A stretch of 64,000 bases of DNA from a virus (lineage: Duplodnaviria; Caudoviricetes). Made by a program: the position numbers and the translations under genes. Location: IMG/VR virus record IMGVR_UViG_3300028832_000110, positions 1-64,000 of that record; one strand, given 5' to 3'. Each line of letters starts with the position of its first letter. Positions within the stretch are counted from its first letter, which is position 1. The notes under the pieces are model-generated. The model was not told where the DNA came from and did no database searches. It was given only the letters and a program-made list of their open reading frames with translations. Below are positions 1 through 8,951 of the stretch, piece by piece.

Positions 1-1
1 G

Positions 2-163
2 CGGTATGAAAAGGACTTACAGCGATGGGCGAATAGGGCATGGCTATTCAGAAGCATTGACTTTGAGGAATATGAGCCGCGAAAAGGCTTCAAATGCAAA
101 GCCTACTTCAACGAAACATTATCCGTAAAATGTTATCATCTTGTCAGGTCATACCAACCTTGA
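2..163 (+). CDS. 3' end of a gene truncated by the window edge (possibly a phage radical-SAM-like protein)
   Basis: Open frame from nt 2 to TGA at 161-163 (RYEKDLQRWANRAWLFRSIDFEEYEPRKGFKCKAYF...); family assignment from memory only. Confidence 0.45.
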   Translation, partial: RYEKDLQRWANRAWLFRSIDFEEYEPRKGFKCKAYFNETLSVKCYHLVRSYQP

Positions 164-690
164 TCACTCTCCCAAAGCTCAGCGATGCGGCAAAAATCTC
201 CTGCCACAGCGGTTTCTATATTGTCATCGGGTAGATATTGAACCTCCCAAACTCTAAGATTCTCTGGAAAGAAATCCCGCGTTGAGGGCAGGATATTCAG
301 TTTCATGGTTTTTCCCGCGAATTTGCCGATATTCTGCCGCTTCAGCAATTCGTTGTTTAGCTGCTTGAACCAAACCATGTTTTCCTTTGTCTTCGGGGTA
401 CAGACAATTCCATCGCAGAGTTTGATAACATCGTCAATAGCCCAAAAATCGCATTTACTGGTTTCGACTAAGACCTTGCGCTCAATGCCAGTGGATTTTC
501 TCAGCATAAACAAAGCCTGCAAAAGCCTTTCGAGATTTTTCTTGAATGCGAACGGCTCACCGCCACATATAATTATCTCTTCATAATCGAAATTGGTGAC
601 AATGCCATCGGGAACGGTGTCATTCCCCACGACTTTATTAGGCCACTCGTCTTTGATGATACGGGTGACAAACAATCTAAGACTACTCAT
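136..690 (-). CDS. Radical-SAM-fold-like protein lacking the CxxxCxxC motif
   Basis: IIICGGEPF matches the radical SAM GGEP motif; no Cys triad upstream. Confidence 0.5.
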   Translation of the reverse strand: MSSLRLFVTRIIKDEWPNKVVGNDTVPDGIVTNFDYEEIIICGGEPFAFKKNLERLLQALFMLRKSTGIERKVLVETSKCDFWAIDDVIKLCDGIVCTPKTKENMVWFKQLNNELLKRQNIGKFAGKTMKLNILPSTRDFFPENLRVWEVQYLPDDNIETAVAGDFCRIAELWESDQGWYDLTR

Positions 691-707
691 ATTTTATTTG
701 GTGTTGG

Positions 708-1151
708 TTATTCGTACTCCAGTACCAGAGGCTTTCTTGTGTTCTCGAATACGAATTTCTGGAGTTGGTGAATATAGATGATATTCTCGTTGATCTGGAA
801 ACCACCTTCATCATGTCTGATGGTTGCTTTTACGAGCCGATACTGCTGATGGTCGATAATACTGACTACAACCTTGAAACCCTCGCAGGATTTCTCAAAG
901 ACATTATGGTCGATTTCCTTGAACTGGAAATGCTGCATGGATTCAGAGGAAATTCTTATGCCTCTGATGTCCTCAATCTTAGCCTCCCAAGGATCAGCCT
1001 CATTACCATTGAAATCAAGGTAGATGTCACCGTCCTCAAAAAGACAACTAACGTACATGGGGATGCTCTGGCGACCAAAAGCGTTTTCCTCAACGACCCA
1101 TGCGCCGATGAACAAATCCTGCAACTGCAATTTCTTAATGTTTTGCTTCAT
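708..1151 (-). CDS. Hypothetical phage protein (IGxWV...YIHQLQ family)
   Basis: 147-aa ORF; terminal motifs shared with four other ORFs in the window. Confidence 0.7.
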   Translation of the reverse strand: MKQNIKKLQLQDLFIGAWVVEENAFGRQSIPMYVSCLFEDGDIYLDFNGNEADPWEAKIEDIRGIRISSESMQHFQFKEIDHNVFEKSCEGFKVVVSIIDHQQYRLVKATIRHDEGGFQINENIIYIHQLQKFVFENTRKPLVLEYE

Positions 1152-1279
1152 ATCTTTTGCTTAGTAAAAGATGATACCGTAATCTGTGCGCTCTTTATAA
1201 ATACTGCCTGTTGGCCACCATTCACAGAAATACTGGCCACTACTAAAATTTTCCATAAAAATACCTACCTTCTAAATTG

Positions 1280-1624
1280 TTATTTCAGTTCGGAAATATC
1301 AACCTCATATCCTTTCTGAATATACTCGTCGCGGATGGAATTTGCTGTCTCAATGTCAGCACATTCCTTCAAATCCTTTACCTTCCCACCTCTGCTGATG
1401 GAAATCATAAAGTTAAATGGTTTCGGAGGCTCGTATTTCTTCGTCTTATTAGCAAGCATTAGCCAGAGATAGATGGTCTGAGGCTTGATGCCGTATTTCC
1501 TCCCCAACTTGTAAATACCTTCCTTGCCATAGACGTAAGCATTGATAACCTCCTGCTTAATCTTTTCGTCATAATGGTTGTAGGCGCGTTTGATGCGCTC
1601 ACCTATTTCGTCTCGCTTTCCCAT
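1280..1624 (-). CDS. Small helix-turn-helix DNA-binding protein
   Basis: YDEKIKQEVI...LGRKYGIKPQTIYLW HTH pattern. Confidence 0.65.
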   Translation of the reverse strand: MGKRDEIGERIKRAYNHYDEKIKQEVINAYVYGKEGIYKLGRKYGIKPQTIYLWLMLANKTKKYEPPKPFNFMISISRGGKVKDLKECADIETANSIRDEYIQKGYEVDISELK

Positions 1625-1836
1625 GACAACGTAATGTTAAGTTGCACAGGCTCGCTTTCCCACGTCAACGATGGTAGCGAGAGACCTAATCCCTCCAGAT
1701 GCGCAAGAGCAACCTGACCCTTTGCATCGTAATCGCCTTGCCACTGCTGCTTGGTGGTGTCGCGGGTTGGCTTCTGCTTATAAGCGCGATAACCGCCAGT
1801 AATCGTAGCTACGACCCAAATCAGATAATTATTCAT
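1603..1836 (-). CDS. Hypothetical protein
   Basis: 77-aa ORF packed in the operon. Confidence 0.55.
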   Translation of the reverse strand: MNNYLIWVVATITGGYRAYKQKPTRDTTKQQWQGDYDAKGQVALAHLEGLGLSLPSLTWESEPVQLNITLSWESETK

Positions 1837-1866
1837 AAGTCCTTTAGTTATTAATTAATTGTTATG

Positions 1867-2259
1867 CTATAAATCTTCGTCTTCATCAAAGGGGTTGACA
1901 CTGCGATCAACGGGAATATACCTTATTCCGTTCTCGCCAATGCAACTGCGTTTATCCAGAGCTTCCAACTCTTCTTTCAGCCTTTCCTCAAAGGAGTCCT
2001 CGCCGTCATCGCAGGCAACAAGCCAGTCTACTCGTTGTGTGTAGATGAATGTTTTCTCCAATGCGTATATGGCTTCCTCAAACCTTCTCAATGCAGATTC
2101 AGAGTATTCAGTACCAAAGCGTGACTCTGGATGTTGTCTCATATACCAATCCCATAGCCTTTCGGGAATGGGCTTACCGCTTTTCTGAATCTTTTCCTTG
2201 ATACTCTCAATGACATACTCAATCTGATTCTGCCAATACTCAAATGTGCCTCCACTCAT
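1867..2259 (-). CDS. Hypothetical phage protein
   Basis: 130-aa ORF (MSGGTFEY...RVDWLVACDDGE) with A-rich upstream region. Confidence 0.75.
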   Translation of the reverse strand: MSGGTFEYWQNQIEYVIESIKEKIQKSGKPIPERLWDWYMRQHPESRFGTEYSESALRRFEEAIYALEKTFIYTQRVDWLVACDDGEDSFEERLKEELEALDKRSCIGENGIRYIPVDRSVNPFDEDEDL

Positions 2260-2328
2260 ATCATACTATTTTTAATTAGAAAGCGCAGGAAAACTTAATC
2301 TCCTGCGCCCCACAAAACACCTACCTCG

Positions 2329-2877
2329 TTACTTTTTGAGGTCTGCGTCGGCTTGCTCTTTCTTAGCACGTTCCTCGGCTAAGTTGTCAAGATGCTTCTC
2401 GCGCTCCAGTACACCAAGGATGCGGGTCTTGTTGATGTCGGAAATCTCCCAATCAGCGGTAGAATCCTTATACACAACCTCCTTGATGGCTCGACGTGCG
2501 CCCTCGTCGGTTGTGGCTTGAATGAGGTGGAAATGGCTAACAGCCTTGGTCTTGGTACGGACACCGCCCTTGCGACTGCGTATCTCCACTTCCTCGGTGA
2601 TGATTACCTTCACCTTGAACCAAGTGTCGATCTCGGTGTTGTCGGCAAAGCAAATCTCACCATACTTAGGACGAACCATAGGAGAGAGAATCTTGATCTG
2701 GCGGTTGGCGCAGTTCATTTCCTTGCGGATGCGCTCTTCTGCCTGACCGAAATCAATAGCCTCAACTACATACTTTTCCTTAATCTCTTTCTGAACACCC
2801 TTTTCGTTAGTGGTGTTGTACGCAATGTTGGTTTCAATCCAATAGCCACTGCGATTTCTCAAATTTAATTCTGGCAT
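2329..2877 (-). CDS. DUF4494-like Bacteroidota protein
   Basis: KEKYVVEAIDFGQAEERI and WFKVKV...HLIQA patterns; followed by a GC hairpin at ~2283-2308. Confidence 0.7.
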   Translation of the reverse strand: MPELNLRNRSGYWIETNIAYNTTNEKGVQKEIKEKYVVEAIDFGQAEERIRKEMNCANRQIKILSPMVRPKYGEICFADNTEIDTWFKVKVIITEEVEIRSRKGGVRTKTKAVSHFHLIQATTDEGARRAIKEVVYKDSTADWEISDINKTRILGVLEREKHLDNLAEERAKKEQADADLKK

Positions 2878-2898
2878 AATTTTTTGAATTTAAGTGGG

Positions 2899-3162
2899 TT
2901 AATGATAACGTCTCTTACATTTGTTGTGTCTGAAGCGACGGGCATAAAGCCTACCGAAATCAGCGATCTCGTTGTTTGTGCCGTCAACATGGCTCGGCTG
3001 AAAATAGCCTTTCGGGGCTACCTTATAGCCGTTAAAAACCTTCTTTCCATTGACTATTTTGTAGTCTGGAATCAATGAGCGTTGCGGAGGCAGGATAGTG
3101 CGGACGTATCGCCCTTTCTTGTCTGTCTCTACGATGAAGTCATTTCTTTTTAATACTCCCAT
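2899..3162 (-). CDS. Hypothetical protein
   Basis: 87-aa ORF in operon. Confidence 0.6.
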   Translation of the reverse strand: MGVLKRNDFIVETDKKGRYVRTILPPQRSLIPDYKIVNGKKVFNGYKVAPKGYFQPSHVDGTNNEIADFGRLYARRFRHNKCKRRYH

Positions 3163-3186
3163 AAAATTTTATGTTTTAATTTTAAC

Positions 3187-3606
3187 TTATAAGTGAATTG
3201 TGTTCATTCGGAAAACGGTTTCAGCAACCGCGTAAATGATTGGTTGTGACATAAGCCATAGGTAAGTCAGCAACAATAACAACAACAATAAATCCAGGAG
3301 CCGTGACCGATGCCTGATGTCACAACGGACAAAACTCATTATCCCTCGTTTGTAGGGGCAGCAGAGTTTGTTTAGGACATCGTATTTATCAGCACCATAA
3401 GCAAGCATGATAATGCTCACACCAAGGTTTCTTGATGAATACGGCTCATATACGATTCTATATCTCCCAAGGTAGGAAATACAAAGCACCGAATACACAC
3501 TTGTCAGCACCCTATTGATAGCCGACTGCATACGCGGGCTATTTCTTTTCTTGTATTTTAGCTTCATTATTTTCTTTCTTTTTCCAACCGTTCTTTTCAT
3601 AGACAA
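3187..3606 (-). CDS. Hypothetical protein (true start probably ~3567)
   Basis: ORF fills the gap between neighbouring genes. Confidence 0.45.
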   Translation of the reverse strand: MSMKRTVGKRKKIMKLKYKKRNSPRMQSAINRVLTSVYSVLCISYLGRYRIVYEPYSSRNLGVSIIMLAYGADKYDVLNKLCCPYKRGIMSFVRCDIRHRSRLLDLLLLLLLLTYLWLMSQPIIYAVAETVFRMNTIHL

Positions 3607-3748
3607 AATCGCGGGCTTGCTCTTTCGTCGGGAAATCCTTCACGAAATCACCGAATGTAACACCGTTGCCTGCGTAATGGCATTGCCACACTCCCCATTG
3701 TCGGCGATGCGGAGCGTAGTAATACTGACCATCCTTAGTCATCTTCAT
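3539..3748 (-). CDS. Hypothetical protein
   Basis: 69-aa ORF overlapping its neighbours. Confidence 0.6.
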   Translation of the reverse strand: MKMTKDGQYYYAPHRRQWGVWQCHYAGNGVTFGDFVKDFPTKEQARDFVYEKNGWKKKENNEAKIQEKK

Positions 3749-4139
3749 CGTAAACTGTCGTGGTGTCGTTGGTGATGATATAGAGATTGGAGTCGTTGGT
3801 TAGGAAGAATTTCTTTCCCTCATAGAACTGCGTGTACTTCATAAGCTCATAACTGATGCTGTCACGCTGCATTTCTGCACCAACCCTTGCGGCTCGTTCA
3901 TTGGCGAACGTCAGCATCCAACCCACACACATCAATACAAGCAGAGTACCGATAATCAGCGAAGCCCATAATTCTCTCTTACAGAAAGCCTCTATCTGTT
4001 TGCCGACATAGACAAGCACACTGGCTATTCCTAACACGATGCAATAAAGGATTTTGAGAAATCCAGATAAGCATTTCTTTAGTCCGGCAACGAAGCATAC
4101 TCGCCACTGCCGCCAATCGCTAAACAATAAATCTTTCAT
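3735..4139 (-). CDS. Membrane protein
   Basis: Two hydrophobic segments. Confidence 0.65.
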   Translation of the reverse strand: MKDLLFSDWRQWRVCFVAGLKKCLSGFLKILYCIVLGIASVLVYVGKQIEAFCKRELWASLIIGTLLVLMCVGWMLTFANERAARVGAEMQRDSISYELMKYTQFYEGKKFFLTNDSNLYIITNDTTTVYDEDD

Positions 4140-4164
4140 AATTATTGGTTTTTAAGTAAATAAT

Positions 4165-5172
4165 TCAGAACAGAGAAAGTTGACCGTCTTCACAGCCAGT
4201 TTCTATGAATAGTTTTCGGAAGATATTGGATAGAACGTCAACGGTAATGCTGTTTCCTGCCATTGCGTATTGTCTGGTTCGACTGATACCTTTGCCGTTT
4301 TCATCCCTAAAATTCTGTATTTTGTCGATGTCGTCATCACTCACCCCCTGCAACCTAAAGCATTCCCTCTCCGTCAGTTTCCTAATTCTGAACCCGGGTT
4401 CTGCAACAAACTGATCGGTGTTTCCACCGCCACCGCTGCTGCAATGAATGGTGTTGGCGACATCGTTCAAATGCCTATCCGTAACCTCGCCAGTAACGCG
4501 GTCTCTGGTATAGCCGACAATCATAGGCTCTACCAATATATTGTCTTTCTCAGCGGTTGTAATGGTGTTGCTGATGCCGTCGTTGCGAGGCTCAAATGTT
4601 CTTACGTCGTTGCGCTGTAACTTCACTTTGCCTGCTTCATAGGCTTTGCGGATTTTCTTACCGAATTCCGTGCGCTTGGGAGCAAGCACCTGCGGCTCTA
4701 TGATTTTGGGCTGCATACCACCACCATCGGTATTCAGAATGGTGGGGCAGATTCCTTCAGCACTATATACACGTCCGGGCTGCTGATTCTTGAAATCACC
4801 GCTACCTTCGCGTATGCTTCCTATCTGCAATACCCTTGCCGTCTCTTCACTCATTTCTTCATCATCAAATTCTATCACTCCAGTTGCGGCATAGCTGCCG
4901 TCACGAAAGAAGTTCTGGAAACCGTTCTTAGCATATTGGGCTTTGAGGGTACGGCACAGACCTTCATCGTCTGGATTCAATGGTTTTACAACTCTCATAT
5001 CATCTACCGTTACCCAATACAAATTACTCGTATCTACTCTTGTGGTTATGGCGACGAAGCAATCATCAATGACGTTCTGGTTATAGAGGTCGATGCACTG
5101 ACCAACCTTATTAACCCTCCCGCTTTCAAGGATCGCTTTCATCCTCACGCCGCCGGTCAATGTATCTGCCAT
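4165..5172 (-). CDS. DNA (cytosine-5) methyltransferase, C-terminal subunit (several TRD-like modules plus motifs IX-X)
   Basis: RKLTERECFRLQG (motif IX), QYAMAGNSI (motif X); repeated TRD-like units with CRTL, CPTI, SNTI, ANTI. Confidence 0.85.
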   Translation of the reverse strand: MADTLTGGVRMKAILESGRVNKVGQCIDLYNQNVIDDCFVAITTRVDTSNLYWVTVDDMRVVKPLNPDDEGLCRTLKAQYAKNGFQNFFRDGSYAATGVIEFDDEEMSEETARVLQIGSIREGSGDFKNQQPGRVYSAEGICPTILNTDGGGMQPKIIEPQVLAPKRTEFGKKIRKAYEAGKVKLQRNDVRTFEPRNDGISNTITTAEKDNILVEPMIVGYTRDRVTGEVTDRHLNDVANTIHCSSGGGGNTDQFVAEPGFRIRKLTERECFRLQGVSDDDIDKIQNFRDENGKGISRTRQYAMAGNSITVDVLSNIFRKLFIETGCEDGQLSLF

Positions 5173-5298
5173 AAACTTTTACTCCAGTATGGGGATAGTG
5201 TGCTGTATTAATCATATTTACTGCACTCGCATATTTCTCGCTTGCAGTAATGGTTACAGAACAACCATCCTTCGTAGTGTTAATCGGCTCTAAGTCAT

Positions 5299-6111
5299 CT
5301 ACTCTCCAGAGTTGGGGGGGGTATTTCCTTCTACAACGAAGTTGTCATCAACACGATTGCCAGGAGCCGTGCGGATGGTAAAAGCAACGTCATCGCCAGT
5401 CTTAGGCGTGAAGTTATGACCGTGAGACTTATCGGCATCAACACGCATGAAGTATTGAAGCATCTTGTCACTGAGGTAATACTTTTCGTCAACGTTCTTT
5501 TCCAACACGTCTTTCAACCGCTTTTCCAGAGGAAACGGCCTTGGGAAGTTGAACACTGGCTCTGGCTCACCGTCTTTCTTCAGAATGGAGATCATGAATA
5601 TGCGCTCTCGGTTCTGAGGAACACCGAACTCCTTTGTGTTTAGCACCTTTGAGAAATTGCTATATCCCCATCGGCTCAATCTGAGCTGCCAACGGATAAA
5701 GTGCTTACGGTGCTTATCACTCAGCAAGCCCTTGACATTCTCGAATAAGATGTATCGCGGACGCTTGATTTCAATGGCACGGCTACATTCCCATAGTAAT
5801 GAACTCCTTGTGCCACTACCTTCCTCACCACTTTTACCAAGTCCTGCCGCCGAAAAGTCTTGGCATGGTGGACTCATTGTAAATAGGTCAAAATCAGGCA
5901 CTTCATTCCAGTTTATCTTCGATATATCGCCATAGTTTTTGTCGGCATATTCGGGGAAAACTGCGTTGTGGGCTTGTATGGCGAAGGTATCAATTTCCGA
6001 CCATCCAACGAGTATCGACGGCACACCTGCGCGGATAAGCCCCATCATCTGAGAATCGTAGCCAGAAAAGGAAGTGAAGACTTTCAAGGGGTTGTCTTTC
6101 GTATATTTCAT
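5299..6111 (-). CDS. DNA (cytosine-5) methyltransferase, N-terminal catalytic subunit (motifs I-VIII)
   Basis: FSG (I), SPPCQDFS (IV), ENVKGL (VI), QNRERIF (VIII); motifs IX-X absent. Confidence 0.9.
   Translation of the reverse strand: MKYTKDNPLKVFTSFSGYDSQMMGLIRAGVPSILVGWSEIDTFAIQAHNAVFPEYADKNYGDISKINWNEVPDFDLFTMSPPCQDFSAAGLGKSGEEGSGTRSSLLWECSRAIEIKRPRYILFENVKGLLSDKHRKHFIRWQLRLSRWGYSNFSKVLNTKEFGVPQNRERIFMISILKKDGEPEPVFNFPRPFPLEKRLKDVLEKNVDEKYYLSDKMLQYFMRVDADKSHGHNFTPKTGDDVAFTIRTAPGNRVDDNFVVEGNTPPNSGE
5314..5321 (-). repeat. C8 homopolymer (G8 on +) just before the stop of the MTase N-subunit
   Basis: gttggggggggta; one extra C opens a 62-aa TRD-like extension ending at TGA 5126-5128. Confidence 0.75.
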
Positions 6112-6151
6112 AACGTTACATTACTATGGTAATGTTACTTTCTGCCTCACA

Positions 6152-7195
6152 CTACACGAAAAGGTCTTGTGAGACGATAATCTTTTGCTCAATAATCTTT
6201 ATGTAATCGGGATTCAGTTCAAAGCCTAAGAAGTTCCTGCCATACTTTCTTGCAACCATAGCCGTTGTACCGCTACCCATGAACGGATCAAGCACGATGC
6301 CGTCTTTCGGACAGCCTGCGAGGATGCAAGGTCTTATCAACTCTTCTGGATATACGGCGAAGTGGCTAACCTTATCGGGCTTGGTATTCACCGACCAGAC
6401 ATCGCGCTTGTTGCGCATTGGATATTGCTTATCTGGCAGTCCATCGGCACGTCTTAGGTGCATGGTGTTGGGTGTCTGACCCTTATCCTGCAAGTTCTTA
6501 AACTGCCAACGCCTACCCTCATGCCTCGCCAAATCCTCACGCTTATGGTGTGGCATTATAGGAATAATGTATTTTTCACTGCCTTTGGTCGTAAGGTCTT
6601 TGCGTCCGTCGTAACTGACAGCAGGCTCTTGGATGGCTTCGTGGTCGAAGTAATACCTATTGCTCTTTGCCATGAGGAATATGTATTCATGGCATTTGGT
6701 AAGCCTATCCGTCACGCTCTCAGGCATGGCATTGGGCTTTTCCCAAATAATATCGTTACGAAGATAGAAGCCTACCTTGTCACGAAGGGCAAAAGCGGTC
6801 ATCCAAGGCACTCCGATAAGGTCTTTGTCTTTGCAAGTGGTAACGTATTTGTAACCAGTTCGATTGCCTACCGTACCGCGATTGCTCGACTGCTTATACT
6901 TTTTGGCGTTTTCGGGATAGTTAGCTGCTCCTTTTCCAGAACCCGCGTAACTATCAGCGATATTCAGCCATAGCGTACCCTCCGGCTTCAACACCCTATA
7001 TACCTCTGCAAACACCTCAGTAAGTTTAGCAACGTACTCAGCAGGCGATTGCTCCAGTCCTATCTGACCCTCAACATTGTAGTCTCTGAGTCCGAAGTAG
7101 GGAGGTGAAGTAACGCAACAGTCTATGCAGTTGTCGGGGAGTTTCCTCAATCCAGTAAGGCAGTCTTCGTTATATACCTTATTATATATATCCAT
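6152..7195 (-). CDS. DNA N4-cytosine/N6-adenine methyltransferase, beta class
   Basis: TSPPY catalytic motif precedes DPFMGSGTT SAM-binding motif. Confidence 0.9.
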   Translation of the reverse strand: MDIYNKVYNEDCLTGLRKLPDNCIDCCVTSPPYFGLRDYNVEGQIGLEQSPAEYVAKLTEVFAEVYRVLKPEGTLWLNIADSYAGSGKGAANYPENAKKYKQSSNRGTVGNRTGYKYVTTCKDKDLIGVPWMTAFALRDKVGFYLRNDIIWEKPNAMPESVTDRLTKCHEYIFLMAKSNRYYFDHEAIQEPAVSYDGRKDLTTKGSEKYIIPIMPHHKREDLARHEGRRWQFKNLQDKGQTPNTMHLRRADGLPDKQYPMRNKRDVWSVNTKPDKVSHFAVYPEELIRPCILAGCPKDGIVLDPFMGSGTTAMVARKYGRNFLGFELNPDYIKIIEQKIIVSQDLFV

Positions 7196-7217
7196 CGGCT
7201 ACATTATTCCTATAATG

Positions 7218-7526
7218 TTACTCACAACCCTTGTTTTCGACATGGGGATGCTTGCGCTTGTAATTCGGGTCTTTCTCTCTGCCTTTGACCTTATCAACCA
7301 CCATGGCCAACAATTCGTCAAAGTCATAGCCGTATATGCCTGCGATGTGGAAGAGCACACCCACCATATCAGCCAATTCGTCAACCTGGCTTTCTCTGTC
7401 CTCAAAGGCAAAGGCGTGAAGGAATTCGTCATATTCCTCGCGGAACTTGCGCAATCTCCGACTGAGATCGGTATCGAATTTCTTGTTGAAGTATTCGAGT
7501 ATTTCTTTCTTATCCATAAAATTCAA
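7218..7526 (-). CDS. MazG-like nucleotide pyrophosphohydrolase
   Basis: KFREEYDEF...DELADMVGV pattern. Confidence 0.65.
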   Translation of the reverse strand: MNFMDKKEILEYFNKKFDTDLSRRLRKFREEYDEFLHAFAFEDRESQVDELADMVGVLFHIAGIYGYDFDELLAMVVDKVKGREKDPNYKRKHPHVENKGCE

Positions 7527-8942
7527 CTAAAACGGCAATTCCCCTTGCGATGGTGTTGGCAATGGGTCTGCCTCGTTTTTTTCATCTTCTTTTTTGCTCT
7601 TACTTGTTATCTTGATTTCTCCGACCTTTTTCACCTCTCCCTCATAGTTGTAGAAATTTGTGGTGTTTTTGTCGAAACCAACGATGCAGGTAAATGTACC
7701 GATGTTTCTGCCTTTACCAAATATCAGCTCAGCGGTGTCTTGTGTCGGTACACTTGGGTATTCGTCATAGCCTTTGCCATATTCAGATGGTCTCCAGATC
7801 ATAATTGCGCAGTCGCAAGCCTCCAATATCTGACCCGATGCCCTGATTCTGCTGACGGTAGGCTTGGGGTCATTGATATTTCTCGCTAACTGAGAAAGGG
7901 CGACGATGCAAATCTGTAATTCCTTTGCCAGATTCTTCAACCTTCTGCAAACATAGCCAAGGAATTGCTCTTGATTTGTATTTTTGCCAGTAGCAGTAAG
8001 GATTTGCAGGTAGTCAATTCCTACGAGCTTAATCCCAAGTCTTTTTACGTTGGTTCTGATACTGGCTACGATGCTGTCAAAACTAACCGTAGATTCGTCA
8101 TCGAAATATATAGGCAGGTCATCGGTTTGCTTGATGGCTTGTGAAAACTCATTCATCTGCCAGTCACTCAATTTCTTGTATTGAATAACGCCGCTGCTGA
8201 TTTTCGCTTTTGGAGCAGCTATTCTCGCGGCAATCTGGGATGACTGCATTTCCATTGAGAAAAGCATTGACGGCACTCCATGAACAGCGGCATTAACCAT
8301 CATGCAGGTTAGCAGGGAGGTTTTACCTTGCGAAGATTCTGCTGCAATGACATCGAAATCTCCAGTCTGCAAACCGCCTTTATCGTCTATTTCCTTGAAG
8401 CCAGTAGGAATCATCGTATCAGACGTTCCTTCGTAATTGTCAATTACTCTTTGCTTCAGTTCTTTGTTGGCATCGCGGAGTGACTTTACTCTTTTCTTTT
8501 TCTCAGAACCTTCTTCGAGTACAGAGGATATTTCTTTTTGGATTTCCTCAAATGTAGATGTTGGATTCGTACCAAAATCCATGAGTTTCGTACCAAGGGC
8601 GAAATACCTTCGCCTCACATACATTTCTTCAACGACGGCAAAGGCATCTGCAAAAGCGGAAAGAATTGCCGTGCTTGACCATTCGGCAATCTCCCACATT
8701 TCAGGGTTGTTTACGTCTGGGTGCGAAAGTATATGATTTGATACCGTGACGATATTTGCTGATTCTCCGTTGTTGTGGAGGTCTATTATGATCCTAACAG
8801 TTCTCGCTATTTTGGGGTTGTAGAAGAAATATGGCTTGATTCTGTCGGCTACTGAGTAGTAGATTTCATCGCTACTTAGTAAGGCTCCAACGACGTGCAT
8901 TTCTGAATGCTCGTCATGCAAAGTCATTTTTACTTCTTGCAT
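7527..8942 (-). CDS. dnaB: Replicative DNA helicase
   Basis: Walker A AESSQGKT, FSMEM, IDYLQ, LSQLAR, KGRN. Confidence 0.93.
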   Translation of the reverse strand: MQEVKMTLHDEHSEMHVVGALLSSDEIYYSVADRIKPYFFYNPKIARTVRIIIDLHNNGESANIVTVSNHILSHPDVNNPEMWEIAEWSSTAILSAFADAFAVVEEMYVRRRYFALGTKLMDFGTNPTSTFEEIQKEISSVLEEGSEKKKRVKSLRDANKELKQRVIDNYEGTSDTMIPTGFKEIDDKGGLQTGDFDVIAAESSQGKTSLLTCMMVNAAVHGVPSMLFSMEMQSSQIAARIAAPKAKISSGVIQYKKLSDWQMNEFSQAIKQTDDLPIYFDDESTVSFDSIVASIRTNVKRLGIKLVGIDYLQILTATGKNTNQEQFLGYVCRRLKNLAKELQICIVALSQLARNINDPKPTVSRIRASGQILEACDCAIMIWRPSEYGKGYDEYPSVPTQDTAELIFGKGRNIGTFTCIVGFDKNTTNFYNYEGEVKKVGEIKITSKSKKEDEKNEADPLPTPSQGELPF

Positions 8943-8951
8943 AGATATGTT

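Noticed and set aside
1280-1624. IS3-type transposase OrfA
   Set aside because: HTH only; no DDE ORF or terminal inverted repeats nearby
5173-5298. Intron or single frameshift joining the two C5-MTase halves
   Set aside because: No intron features; the alternative open frame stops at 5126, and the downstream ORF has an in-frame TAA just before its ATG
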